A stretch of 64,000 nt of DNA, taken from the NCBI GenBank assembly GCA_963707985.1, contig CAVPRW010000009.1, positions 64,001-128,000 of the forward strand, read 5' to 3'. Numbering within the stretch: position 1 is the stretch's first letter; every line of letters begins with the position of its first letter. The position numbers and the translations under genes are program-made. This document shows, piece after piece, positions 45,485 through 57,105 of the stretch. Source of the stretch: an uncultured Nitrospinota bacterium (GTDB lineage: Bacteria > Tectomicrobia > Entotheonellia > J063 > CAVPRW01). Below the pieces are notes generated by a model. That model had not been told where the DNA came from and did no database searches. It saw nothing but the letters and a program-made list of their open reading frames with translations.

Positions 45485-46128
45485 ATCGCGGTAGGACGGC
45501 CAGTTACCCGACCGCCTCCACACAGATCCCGGCGGGCGGTTTTCCCGCACCGGGCTCTTCAGGAAGACTCGCGTCCGCAGTCCAGCCTCGGCACGCCCAG
45601 TGGCCAATCTCGGAGGCAGACGCCCGACGATGTGAGGGCGCTCAACCCGGAAGTGGTGCAACAGGTCTCAAAACCCGCTCCACGTATCGCTCCGCCGCTG
45701 GCTGCGACGATTGAGCCATGTGAACAGGATTCGCAGCACACCGGTGAAGAACTCCTGCAGGCTGGCAGAGTTCCCGTTAACGCCATCGTCGTGGTAGTAG
45801 CCCCGCAACTTGGCGTTCACCTCCCTGAACAGATCGTTCAGCCTGTCGTGACACTTCTCCTTGCACCACTCGGTGACCCGCTTGAGCGAGTTTCGCCGCT
45901 TCTGGCGCGATGTCCGGCGCTTGAGGTGGGGCTTGCCTGCCCGGTTTCGCCCCCAGCGACACTCAAAGCCCAGACAGTCGAAGCTGGTCTGGCCGGGCAC
46001 CTGCTGCCGGGTGAACGGGATCACCCGCGTCTTGTCCGGCGACAGCTCCAGCCCGAAGTTGCCCAGCCGTTGGCCCAGCGCCCGGTAGAACCGCTCCGCG
46101 TCGGCCTGATATTGGAACGCGCACACGA
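45485..46128 (-). mobile_element. Group II intron 3' remnant (outer): RT domains 6-7/X plus D5 and D6
   Basis: VCAF..GLELSPDKT..FDCLGF..LRGYY..WLNRRSQ; D5 gagcccggtgcgggaaaaccgcccgccgggatct; ends ...ccgcgat. Confidence 0.9.
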
Positions 46129-46460
46129 GTCGAGTCGCGCGGGGGACTCGCACTCCCACGCGCTCACAGATCCGGACGTGAGCCTCTCGGCTCATCCGGC
46201 TCGTATCGTGCCGCCCCCGCATGCCAGAGGCGCCGGGGTGCGAACAGTCCCGGCTGCCGCCGGGATACACGCCGCCCCCAGTGCTCTGCCCGCCGCCGCT
46301 GTCGCCGCACGCGTTGGTCTTGCGCCATCGCCCACCTGGCCAGTGGCCGGTCGAGGGGCTGGAGGGTCGGGTACAGGGCCGACTGGTAGGAGCGCGTGGA
46401 GTAGGTGAACCAGCCTTGGATGATGGGATTGCACATCCGCGCAGATCGTCGCGCTGTTGG
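46129..46460 (-). mobile_element. Group II intron 3' remnant (inner): maturase X end plus D5 and D6
   Basis: NPIIQGWFTY..LARWAM..PGLF; D5 gagccggatgagccgagaggctcacgtccggatct; ends ...actcgac. Confidence 0.9.
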
Positions 46461-47665
46461 TCCAGCCGAGCTATGCGCTGGTGTGAGAATCCGAGGTTGT
46501 CATAACGCCCTTCTTTGTCGTAACCCACGATACGAGAAGTTACGATGGTAGTGTTCCCCGGATAGGTTTGTAACAGCTCCGCCACACGGGTGCGCACGGT
46601 TGCTTTGAAATGAGGACTTGGGAGTTCATCCAAGCCGTCGAGGAATATGATGGCTTGCCCGGAATAGAGGTGGTAGTCAAAAAACTCCCTTTCCCCTGCA
46701 GAGAGGCCGAGGTCACTCCGCGTCAACTCGAGCATATAATTCAACAGGCTTAACCGTGGCCGCGACTTCAGCTCGTCGACATATCGTCTCAGCGTCACCA
46801 GGACGGGCAGACGATTATCCCTATTAGTGCCGAACCGCGTTATAAGTTGTGGATGACTCCCGGCAAGGGCCAGAAAACGCAGCAGTGTGGACTTACCGGA
46901 ACCAGGATCGCCGAGAATGACCTGACGGGCACCCGGGGTGAGTAGATTGAGAGGATTAGTGCGCTTAACTGGTGTATCCGGCTCCACAGCGCTCTCGGGC
47001 ACAACTCGGAGCGGTATATATATCCGGTCCATGTCCACACTGACCGAGGCTTCTTCTTTGTAAACGGACATCCCCACAAACTGGATCTTCCCGTGCAGTT
47101 TCGCGAACTCCTGGTCATATCGCTGCCGAGTCACTGTAATCGCCTGCCGGCGTTTTGGCCCATCAGGCAGGGACTCTGGGTAGTAATGCAAGCCGAGGGG
47201 GGGGAAGGTAACTAGCATGTCCTTCAAGCACCTCGCATCCCACCACGTTGTAACGCACTTCTCCGGCAGCATGCTGCATAGCATATCCAGGTATTTCTTG
47301 AAATCACCGCTTGCGCCGGACTTAGTATTTGCTACTGCACGGGGCTGAGCGATTATTAAGCGCGTAGGTTGCCCACAAGCCCTCAGTTCCTTGATTTGCT
47401 CTCCGGCTAAATTCGAGAGTAACTCGTAATCCCCCCCGTCGCTCCGCGATGGTAGCCGACACAAGCACAAAGTGTCCCCCGCTAGCCAAAGGCCCTGGCC
47501 GAGACGGACTGGAGTGACGATTCTTCGCCGCACACGTACTCGCGACGTATGGATGCGAAGAAGCACTGACACGATATGCTCGAACTCGGCGTCACCAGCG
47601 CTGTTCTTGGGGAGCAACTCGGCGAGTGGCCGAAAAGAAGGCTGCTTGGGGGTGGATGTAGCCAT
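46461..47665 (-). pseudogene. NACHT NTPase protein, C-terminally truncated
   Basis: IYIPL, GDPGSGKSTLL, LPVLVTL, FLDGLDE, VTSR; breaks at the intron junction. Confidence 0.88.
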
Positions 47666-48118
47666 AGCTCCTCCGAGCGGCGTAGCCTGCCAGTAAAAGA
47701 CCGGACCTAGAAGCTCTCGGAACACGCGACTAGACATCGTGGGAAGGTTTTTCCTTAGTCTATTTTAGCATAGATCGATATCTTGGTCCCCTCATTGGAT
47801 TCTGTTACATAGAGGTTAATCATCCTGATTCCCTGCTGCGCACACACATGCGCACGCTAATGAGATACATCTCTCCATGGTCGAAGCAGTGCGTCGAGCT
47901 GACCCCTCCCACGACGCATAGTTAGAAGGACTGTGTAATTCCACTTTGCCAAACCTCCTTGATGACGTAGCACAGTCCATATACAATGCCCCCAAATGAT
48001 GTGCAGCAAGTGGTGAGCGCAGCGATTCATTGGAGGGTTTGCACCCAACAGTCGCAGCCGCCGGCACGGGACAATTGTATTTTCCTTCGATACCGGCAGT
48101 CCGTCCCTATGAGAGGAG

Positions 48119-48902
48119 ATGATTATGGAGCTAGAAGGACAGGTTGCGATCGTGACGGGCGCAGGTCGCGGCATCGGACGTGCCACCGCCCTCGAACTGG
48201 CGCAGATGGGGGCTGACATCGTCGTCGCTGAGCTGGAGGGCTCCAGTGCCGAACGCACGGCCGATGCGGTGAAAGCCCTCGGCCGCCGCGCCAGCGTCGT
48301 GCGAACGGACGTCACCTCGCTCGTCGATCTTAACGACGATGGCAGCACGCACGCGGGCCGAGTTCGGGCGCATCGACATCCTCGTCAATAATGCCGGCAT
48401 CTACCGGGCCGCAGCGCCGCTGGACATCACCGAGGAGCACTGGGATGCGGTCATGAACGTCAACGCGAAAGCGGTATTCTTTGCCAGCCAGGCTGTGCTG
48501 CCGACGATGATCGCCCAAAAGCGTGGCACGATCATCAGCCTGGCGTCGATGGCAGGCAAGGTGGGCAGTCGTAGCAACCTGCCCTACAACGCCAGTAAGG
48601 CGGCCGTGATCAGCATCACCAAGAGTCTGGCGCTCGCCCATGCTGCCGACGGTATTCGAGTCAACTGCGTCTGCCCCGGCTTCGTCGAGACCGACATGTG
48701 GATGGCGGTGGCGCGTGAGCAGGGCGCTCTCATGGGCCTATCCTCTGAGGAGTTTACTCGTCGACGCGCTGCACAGGTGCCGCTCGGACGCATGGAGCGT
48801 CCAGAGGACGTCGCTCACGTCATTGGCTTCCTCGCCTCTGAGCGAGCAGCCTACATGACCGGGCAGGCAATCAACGTGACGGGTGGTCTCATCATGCACT
48901 GA
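48119..48902 (+). CDS. SDR family oxidoreductase, single frameshift near 48332
   Basis: TGAGRGIG, NNAG, YNASK, VCPG. Confidence 0.85.
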
Positions 48903-49079
48903 ACGCTCAACTCGCGGACTTCTCGATGTTCTCCGCACATCCTAGCGCTGTATTAACTGTCCTCACTGCTTTCGGCGATGAGACTTTCGCCCGCTGCCAG
49001 CTGCTCGGGTGCTCACCCCTCTGCAATGGCACCCAGCAGCTGGGTTGCAAACCGTCGATGACTGGCAAGCCACGAGTTC

Positions 49080-49170
49080 GTATATTGATGCTCGTCTGTC
49101 GCATGCCAGACAACTCCAGACGCTTGTTCACGAAATGCCCACAGGCGCCTAAAACCGTAAAGCCTGAAAA
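49080..49170 (-). pseudogene. Possible transposase (ISKra4-like) C-terminal scrap
   Basis: GACGHFVNKRLELSGMR resembles the GACxxxVxxRxxxSGMRW motif. Confidence 0.3.
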
Positions 49171-49322
49171 TCTCGGGAAGGCGTCTCCAACGACAGAAAA
49201 CGTCAGCCACAGTCCCACCTCATGCTCTTTCGATGCGCCGTGTCTAATCAAACAGTTCGACGCGGAAGTCAGTTGAGACGCCTGTAGCATTGAACGCCCA
49301 TAGCCGCGCTACCGCCGCGTCT

Positions 49323-52012
49323 TCACCGGGAAAGCCCGCACACTGTCAGTGTGCTCGGTTGCCCCTGAGGCAGCACCTCCACGAATGCGTGGGTAACATC
49401 GTCAATCCGGTTTTCGCAAATGACGGTGTTCAACGGGGAGTTGGGGCTCCCATCGCCGTTCAAGATCCCATACGCGGTTCTCGGTGCGCCGAGCTGCGTT
49501 GGGTGTGGAATCGGCATCTTCGAGATCGTGTTTCCAAACACGAGAGTGTCGACATACCCTGGCGTCCGAGGAGATTCGATATTCCAGTTTCCTCCTATGC
49601 TCACGGATACTGCCGCGGCGTAGGGGGGATTGTCATGGCCACCGGGACCACTGGAAGGGTCGGCGAGCACGGCATTTTTAATGTTGTTAAGGGAGACTGA
49701 GACGCCGAATCCCATATAGTCTGTCGTAGCCTGTGGTTGAAAGTTCCCATCGAGCATCCCAGCCTGGGTATCAAGGTGAATGCCGCTGCCGTAGATATCC
49801 TCTGGGCGTGGCTGGTTTGGATTTGTGGGCCCGTCGAAGCCGAACGAACCCTCGATCGTATTCCCCCGAACCTCGACGAAATACTGATTGACTTGAGCAC
49901 TGTAAAAGACGTAGCTGCCGGTCAACGTCACTCCCGAGTATGCCGAGGAGCCGACAAGCATGACGTAGTAGGGGCCGGCTAACGGGTTGTTGATGTTGAT
50001 GGTGCAGGTCTCGTTGGAGCCCGTCTGGTGCGAATGGCAATCGTACTCCGTCAATGTGGGGTGCGAGCTCGCCTTCACGTACAGGGCGGCATCGTTGCTC
50101 GCGCTGGTCGAACCACTGGTCGTGAAGGTCGCGTAGGCCGCTCCCGGCGGAACGTCGAGCCGATAGAAGGTCTGCGAATCCATGACCCCCGATAGGTTGG
50201 AGAGTGGCAGGTTATTGGTCAGCACAACATCCCCGGGGGCACAGTCTGCGCAGGGGCCGACCCTATAGTTGGCGTGGTACGACGTATTGACGTAGATTCC
50301 AGCAGTCTTGAATTGCTGGTTCGATTCGATCGCACTGTCCACGGTGGATGCGGAGAGGCCGATGAGGCCCTGGTTGTTATAGTGCAACCCGGATGTGCCG
50401 GCGGTGTAGTCGGAGACACCGGTGTAAGTGGACAAGTCTGTCGAGCAGCCATTGTCGATAATGTTGTCCACGATATAGAGCTGCCATGACTGCTGGGAGA
50501 CGATGATGTGCGAATGACGTGGAGCGGGTAGCACGTCAAAAGGCGGCGACACCGTAAACTGAATGTCCGCGCCTGGCGTCATCGACGCGCGGGTGATCTT
50601 ACGTGTTTGGCCGAGGCCAGGCCCGAAGTCTACCCGTATCCAACGGCCAGTGTACTCGCCCTTTTCGACCGACAGGTACATCTCACCCACGGCCGGCGTG
50701 ATGGTCACTTCGTCCCCAGACGGCGATACCGAGGTCACCCCCTGCCCGGACTTGAAGCCCACACGGTCGAGATTCGAGTCAGTGCCAATGGCTTCTCCAT
50801 CAAAGCCATACCTGGTACCGACACAGGAAATCTTGTTGCCGGCAATGAGGAGATGTTCGTGAGAGGTCAGGTGAGGGAAGAAGAACCCGGCTCGCCACCC
50901 CAGATACTTGGTCCCATTGGGCGTCGGGCCACCAGCCGGACCCGTGCCGCTATACGTCTGTATAGTGCCATCAACCGTGTTCGCGCTGATGTCGAGATGG
51001 CGTGAGCCGGCAACACCCAGCGCGATAGGAGCCTCCCATGCGCCAGGCCAGAATGTATTATGCGAAATGACGCTGTCCTCGACAGCGCCATAGATACCGA
51101 TGGCGTTGTAATAGGCGCCAAACGTGTTCCCCGTGATAACCACATTCTTGTAGCCGAACACGCCGGCGTTCGGGTCGATGCCGAGCCATCGGTCCGTGAG
51201 TTGGTTCGATCGATAACTTCCTACCCCCCAATAGGTATCGTCGAAGAAGTTGTCAGTGACGGTGATGTCGTTCCCTCCGAGCAGGAGCGGCCCTGAGCCC
51301 GGACTGCTCCCTCCGTGGATGTTCGAGAGTGACGGGGTATAGTTGTCGTGGAACCGTATGCCTCGAACGACATTGTTACCGGTCAGCAAGAACAAGTTTT
51401 GCCGGAGATTCGGGTCGACATTCGGATCCGCGGTGGGGTCTTGCTTCTTCTTCTGAGCTTGGACCCAATCGATGAAGGGTGTATCGAAGAGGATGTCTGT
51501 CTGGATCGTCGTCAAGCCCGGTGATCCGACAAGATTGACACCTGCCGGAACAGAGATGCCAACCCCCGTATGGAGGGGCTCACACGCCTGGTACGGTGGC
51601 GGCAGTATGTCGGCAGGGGGCGCACTCCCCGGAGGAGTGGTAAAGACGTACGAGTCGACACCGTATGCGTTCGGGTCAACATTCCCATCGGCGGCCGGCG
51701 GCCAGCATGCGGCAAGGTTCCAGGCTGGACGAGCGGCTGAGTCGTGTCAGAGATGCCCTGATAGACCACCAATGTTTGCGGGGTGAAATCGACCCCCGGT
51801 ATGAGCAATACGTCACCTGGATCCCCGCGAACTGGGCTCTGATACTGTGGATTGTGATAGAGGAGGGGCTTAGGCGAGGCGCAGATCGGGGCACTTGCGG
51901 CTCCCACGGATCGCTCTGCTGCAGTGGATGTGCCGGCCACGCCGAGGGCGAGCGCGGCCACGGTAGCAACGAAGACCGAAAACGTAGACGGCAGCGTCAG
52001 TTGTCTTTTCAT
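49323..52012 (-). CDS. Large secreted right-handed beta-helix protein with a PPC domain; frame break near 51700-51745
   Basis: Signal peptide in ORF 51512-52012; repeated V/I-x-x-N-x-F/I coils; PPC-like FTTSGS..DAALYVK..YDC..NETC..YYVML. Confidence 0.7.
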
Positions 52013-52280
52013 GGCTCGTGAACCTCGTTGGTATGTGGGATGCTGTTGTCAGGGCTGATTGTCGACGGTTGTATTGAAAATCGTGCAGCGATATTTCACG
52101 ATACGGCCGGCGAATCCATTTTGGGGCGAGCTAGTTCGCTAACAAGGTGAGTGTACAAGCATTTACCGCTCCTGCATCGTGCTCGTACATGGACTCACCA
52201 GCCGTATCGTTTCACCAGGTTACAGAGGGCTAAAGACGCATTTGTTGTTTTTTGTATCAGAACCTCTCTCTCCCTCCTTC

Positions 52281-52508
52281 CTACTCCTTTTCCCCCACTG
52301 GCTCGAACCCTATGGTGAGGAGGTCAGTATCGGGGTCGAACATACAAGGCTTCTCGTTGCGCAACAAATCCACTAAAGCCACTAATTCTTCCGGTCCTGA
52401 CACGTCCCGATAGTGTACGAGGCCAGAAGAGACGCTCAGCGCTATTCTGTAGTAGCGCTGACCTGGCTTTGTAAAGACGGCATATTGCGTGACCGGCTGA
52501 TTTGCCAT
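52281..52508 (-). CDS. Small conserved hypothetical protein
   Basis: RBS GGGG; LVDLLRNEKP...EPVGE motif pattern. Confidence 0.6.
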   Translation of the reverse strand: MANQPVTQYAVFTKPGQRYYRIALSVSSGLVHYRDVSGPEELVALVDLLRNEKPCMFDPDTDLLTIGFEPVGEKE

Positions 52509-53226
52509 TGCACTGTCCCCCCTGTTTTTTGACGGTAAAAGTCTGCGCGAGTCCAGCGCAGACTCATCATCCCAGCATGGAGAGCCATTGTCTCCACGCA
52601 ACTCGCTCCCTGTATCAGCGATGAAGCTGGACACCGGGTGCCAGGCAGCTAGCCACGAAGTTCTACATCAGGCATCCCCGTGCGCGATATGGCCCACTAA
52701 CCCCAAGGATCCTCGTATGCTAGCTCATCCCGCCCCCAGCTACCTCTGCCCTGGGAGGGAGCAACTGCCGTGCCAGATCCCTGCCCACGCTCAGCAGCCC
52801 ATAGCGCGGCCGCCGTAGAGTTGTTTTCATGGCGTGGAAGACTTCCAGGCCCCGAACCTGGCAGCCGTTATCCCCACTTTTGGGGGCAAGTAGTGGGGCA
52901 TCTCCCCCACGTCACCCCCACTTTGGAGGAGTTTTCGGTAAGTCTGGGCCCACCAAGAGGTAGCAGGTCAACCCAGTCGCGGAGAAGGGGCGTAGCTCGA
53001 TAGGACGTGATAAGGTCTGCGGGGTATAGCGGTCTCGCTCTCATGAGTCAATCGCTTCACTGCTCCCATTACAACTGTAGGATGAAAGGTCTAAAAGGGC
53101 AGGCTGACCATGGACGCTGAAGACGCATGGAATCCTTTTGACATCGCTTCAGCAGCATGCTAGGGTGACTTGCCCGATACGGGCAGGATGCATAGAAAAC
53201 GGTGCGCAGCCCAGGAGGAGCATGCC

Positions 53227-53883
53227 ATGGCACGGTGGGATAAATTTTGGCGGGATGAGGCCTATGTGTCTCGTAACTGGCTCGATCCCGACCCCGACGT
53301 GGTCCGTCTCAACCCGTTCATGAAAGACCACCAGGTGCGGCGAGTGCTTGATCTCGGCTGCGGTGTGGGTCGCCATCTGGTCTACCTGAGCGGCCAGGGG
53401 TTCGAGATGCATGGCCTTGATCTTTCTCCAGCCGGGGTCGAGCGCTGCCAGAAGGAACTCGCCCAGCACCAGCGGCAGGCGACAGTGCAGGTGGCGGATA
53501 TGTTCGCCATCCCCTATCCTGATCAGTGGTTCGACTGGGTGCTGACCGTTCAAGTGATCTATCATACGACAGCGGCAGCCCTCCAGCAGGCCATTCAGCA
53601 TGTCCATACCAAACTCAAACCGGGTGGATTCTTCTATGTGACGTTTCCCCCGGTCGACAATATCAGTCCTGACAGCGGACAGGAGGTGGAGCCGCGGACA
53701 TACCTCAAGGAAGAGGACGGCGAGCCCCTGCTGCACCACTACGTTACTGCTGAAGAGATCGATGTGCTGATGCGTGGCTATACGCTGCTGGAAAAACGCT
53801 TGGAGCCGCGTGAATCCCGCGATCAGGACGGACAGATCAACAGACGACTGCGCTGGAACGTGCTGGCGCAGCGACCATTGTGA
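53227..53883 (+). CDS. Class I SAM-dependent methyltransferase
   Basis: VLDLGCGVGRH, GLDLS, FDWV, LKPGG. Confidence 0.9.
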   Translation: MARWDKFWRDEAYVSRNWLDPDPDVVRLNPFMKDHQVRRVLDLGCGVGRHLVYLSGQGFEMHGLDLSPAGVERCQKELAQHQRQATVQVADMFAIPYPDQWFDWVLTVQVIYHTTAAALQQAIQHVHTKLKPGGFFYVTFPPVDNISPDSGQEVEPRTYLKEEDGEPLLHHYVTAEEIDVLMRGYTLLEKRLEPRESRDQDGQINRRLRWNVLAQRPL

Positions 53884-53908
53884 GAGGGAAACTCAGGGAG
53901 GAGGAGTG

Positions 53909-54877
53909 ATGAAGGCCATTCGCGTGCAGACGCCGGGTGGAATCGAAGCCTTACGTTACGAAGATGTGGCCACGCCAACACCCAAGGCGGGTGAAGCCTT
54001 GGTGAAGATCGAGGCCGTTGGCATCAACTTCATCGATATCTATATTCGTAGCGGCATGTATAAAAACCCGTTGCCCCTCACCTTAGGTCAAGAGGGTGCC
54101 GGCGTCGTGGAGGCAGTCGGACCGAACGTCACTGAAGTCCAGGTGGGGGATCGTGTGGCATACAGTGGCACAGCGGGCTCCTATGCCGAATATGCTGTCG
54201 TGCCAGCCGCTCGCCTGGTCAAAATCCCCGCCGGTCTCGGCGCCCAGGACGCGGCTGCCGCCATGCTCCAGGGGATGACGGCCCATTATCTGGCCCACAC
54301 GACCTACCCACTCAAACCAGGCGACACGGCCCTGATACATGCCGCTGCCGGTGGGGTGGGGTTGTTACTGGTGCAGATGGCCAAGAAGTGCGGCGCGCGG
54401 GTGTTCGGTACAGTGTCAACGGAGGACAAGGCGAAGCTGGCCAAAGAAGCCGGCGCGGATGAGGTCATCCTCTACACGCAGCAGGATTTCGAGGCTGAGG
54501 TGAAGCGTCTGACCAATGGACAAGGACTGCAGGTCGTCTATGATTCGGTCGCCAAGACGACCTTCGAAAAAGGCCTCAATTGTTTGGCGCCGCGGGGCTA
54601 CATGGTACTCTACGGTCAATCCAGCGGCCCGGTGCCGGCATTCGACCTGGCACAACTCGGTGCCAAGGGCTCTTTGTTCATCACCCGCCCAAGCCTGGCA
54701 CACTATACATTGACGCGCGAAGAGCTTCTGCAGCGTTCCGGCGACGTGCTCGGTTGGATTCGCTCCGGACAGTTGAAACTGCGTATCGAGCAGACCTTCC
54801 CTTTAAAGGATGCTGGTGAAGCGCATCGTCGCCTGGAAGGACGCCAGAGCACGGGGAAGCTACTCTTGGTTCCATGA
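53909..54877 (+). CDS. qor: NADPH:quinone oxidoreductase (zeta-crystallin family)
   Basis: GINFID, LQGMTAHYL, HAAAGGVG, YGQSSG, STGKLLL. Confidence 0.93.
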   Translation: MKAIRVQTPGGIEALRYEDVATPTPKAGEALVKIEAVGINFIDIYIRSGMYKNPLPLTLGQEGAGVVEAVGPNVTEVQVGDRVAYSGTAGSYAEYAVVPAARLVKIPAGLGAQDAAAAMLQGMTAHYLAHTTYPLKPGDTALIHAAAGGVGLLLVQMAKKCGARVFGTVSTEDKAKLAKEAGADEVILYTQQDFEAEVKRLTNGQGLQVVYDSVAKTTFEKGLNCLAPRGYMVLYGQSSGPVPAFDLAQLGAKGSLFITRPSLAHYTLTREELLQRSGDVLGWIRSGQLKLRIEQTFPLKDAGEAHRRLEGRQSTGKLLLVP

Positions 54878-54975
54878 GTCATCGGCAGGCTGCCTGGCTG
54901 TGAGGCGAGGCATCAAGTCGCCCCGCCTCAGTCCTTTGTACTCACGACGCAGCAGTGTTCTAGGAGGAGGAGACC

Positions 54976-55770
54976 ATGGACCGCCGAGACATTTTACCCG
55001 AGCGTCCAGTCGAGAGGGGTCGTGGCTATATGCCTGGGGTCAGCGTGAATCCTTCGAGAGTGCTGTTCACAGCCGGGCTGACAGGGCGCAATCCCGACGG
55101 TAGCCTCGTCCCTGGAGGTATGGGTCCACAGACACATCGTGCTTTCGAGCGTTTGCAAGCGGTGTTGTCGCGGGCAGGGGCGAAATTCGAAGCTGCGATC
55201 AAACAACTGACGTATGTCACCGATCTTGACGCCTATACCGCTGATGGTCGGACAGAGCGTGCCAAGTTCTTCGGCAGCAGTCGATCGGCGTCGACGGGAT
55301 TGGTGGTGCGGCGCCTTGCTGATCCGGCCATGCTCATCGAGGTCGAGCTGGTGGTTGATGTCCAAGGCTCCCCACAGGGAAAACCCCTGCTGGAAAAATA
55401 CAACGCTGAAGATCACGGTGGAGATTTTTATCAGGGGATTATCGTCAATGGCGGCCGCCTGATTTATCTCGCTGGGCAGGTGGCGAACAACCCCGATGGT
55501 TCGGTGGCGGGGGTCGGCGACCTACGGCGTCAGGCCGAAAAGGTCTATGAAAACATCGCCCATGTGCTCCGTGCGGCAGGTGCCACGCCTGGCAGCGCGG
55601 TGAAGGAAACCACCTGGGTGTTGAGTATCGACACTTGGCGGCAGCAGGGCACACCCGTGCGTCGCGCCTTCTATAATGGCGATTATCCGGCTTCCACCCT
55701 GGTCGAAATTCAGGGTCTGGCGCGACCGGAGTTCCTCGTGGAAATCGAGTTGATCGCAGCGGTGGCATAA
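54976..55770 (+). CDS. Tandem two-domain Rid (YjgF/UK114) protein
   Basis: Two units ending MLIEVELV and FLVEIELIA. Confidence 0.85.
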   Translation: MDRRDILPERPVERGRGYMPGVSVNPSRVLFTAGLTGRNPDGSLVPGGMGPQTHRAFERLQAVLSRAGAKFEAAIKQLTYVTDLDAYTADGRTERAKFFGSSRSASTGLVVRRLADPAMLIEVELVVDVQGSPQGKPLLEKYNAEDHGGDFYQGIIVNGGRLIYLAGQVANNPDGSVAGVGDLRRQAEKVYENIAHVLRAAGATPGSAVKETTWVLSIDTWRQQGTPVRRAFYNGDYPASTLVEIQGLARPEFLVEIELIAAVA

Positions 55771-55783
55771 AGGGGGGACCAAC

Positions 55784-56170
55784 ATGCCATTTAGTACGAT
55801 TACCACTCCTGAGGCCAGGCCCGTGGCGAACTATAAGATGGCGACGCGTCGGGAAGGGGGACAACTGCTGTACATCTCGGGCCAGGTGGCTCGGGACACC
55901 GATGGAAACGTCATCGGTAAGGGGGACATGCGCGCCCAGGCGCATCAGGTCTTCCAGAACCTCCGGCAAGTCTTGCAGGCGGCTGGTGGTGACCTCAAAG
56001 ACTTGATGAAGATCACCACCTATATCACCAACATCGAAGATTTTCCGGCGTTGGCCGAGGTGCGCAGTGTGGTCTTCCAGGGAGAACTACCGGCTAGCAC
56101 TTTGATCGTGGTCAAGAGCCTATTCAATCCGGATTTCTTGATCGAGGTCGAGGGAGTTGCGGCGATTTGA
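55784..56170 (+). CDS. Rid (YjgF/UK114) family protein
   Basis: LYISGQ, PASTL, LIEVEGVA. Confidence 0.9.
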   Translation: MPFSTITTPEARPVANYKMATRREGGQLLYISGQVARDTDGNVIGKGDMRAQAHQVFQNLRQVLQAAGGDLKDLMKITTYITNIEDFPALAEVRSVVFQGELPASTLIVVKSLFNPDFLIEVEGVAAI

Positions 56171-56275
56171 CGGGATTACCATGACAGATGCACTCCGGAT
56201 CAACACCCATCATCTGGGTGCAGATGTGTCCATCCGTGGTGGTGATCCTAATCGCTTTGTCCAAAGAGGTGACTG

Positions 56276-57061
56276 ATGACGCTTGCGGGAAAAGTGGCGA
56301 TTGTGACCGGGAGCTCACGTGGGATCGGCAAAGACATTGCCCTGGCGTTCGCCGCTGCGGGCGCGGATATCGTGGTCGCAGCGCGCTCGGAGAGCCAGCC
56401 CGACCCCCGACTTCCCGGTACCATTCATGAAACCGCACAAGAGGTGGAGGCCCTCGGCCGACGCGCCATCGCCGTCAAGACCGATGTCACCGACGAAGAG
56501 CAAATCGCGGCCATGGTGCAACGCACTCTCGACACCTTTGGACGCATCGACATCCTGGTGAATAACGCCGCCGTCCTGGTGCCGCGTGGCATCCTTGAGT
56601 TGCCTACCCGCCATCTCGACTTGCATTACCGCGTCAACATCAAAGGCCCTATCTTGTGTATACGGGCGGTGCTGCCCACGATGCTGCAGCAGGGCCAGGG
56701 CTGGATCATCAATATTTCTTCGAACGCCGCCATCTTCCCAGGGCCTGGTCCCTACACCGATGTCCGACCGGTTCGCGCCTTTATGTACGCGGCCACCAAG
56801 GCAGCCCTGGAGCGGCTCACCCAGGGGCTGGCGGTGGAGTACCAGGCGCAAGGCATTAGTGCCAATGTCCTCTCGCCTGTCGGCCGGGTGCGGACACCGG
56901 GCAATGTGTTTGGCATGACGCCGCCAGGTGGAACTCCGGAGCCGTTCGAGAAGGCCGAAGCGATGGGTAAAGCGGCGGTGTACATCGCCAGCCAACCGCC
57001 GCAATCGTTCACCGGGAATATCCTCTTCGACGAAGAGATGGTCCGGCAGTATCAATTGTAA
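56276..57061 (+). CDS. SDR family oxidoreductase
   Basis: TGSSRGIG, LPGTI, NNAA, YAATK. Confidence 0.92.
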   Translation: MTLAGKVAIVTGSSRGIGKDIALAFAAAGADIVVAARSESQPDPRLPGTIHETAQEVEALGRRAIAVKTDVTDEEQIAAMVQRTLDTFGRIDILVNNAAVLVPRGILELPTRHLDLHYRVNIKGPILCIRAVLPTMLQQGQGWIINISSNAAIFPGPGPYTDVRPVRAFMYAATKAALERLTQGLAVEYQAQGISANVLSPVGRVRTPGNVFGMTPPGGTPEPFEKAEAMGKAAVYIASQPPQSFTGNILFDEEMVRQYQL

Positions 57062-57105
57062 GCCCCACGGCTAGGATCACCATCAGTATATGAAGGAGAG
57101 CCAGC

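Noticed and set aside
45668..47737. Retron, DGR or defence RT system
   Set aside because: The RT part has no YADD or N-terminal domains and is followed by group II D5/D6; no template/variable repeat pair was seen.
52860..52926. Repeated ccccac(t/g)t motifs as an IS end or iterons
   Set aside because: Too short, and no partner end or adjacent transposase or Rep.
52987..53050. tRNA-like start GGGGCGTAGCTCGATAGG
   Set aside because: No T-loop (TTCRA), anticodon arm or matching acceptor stem.
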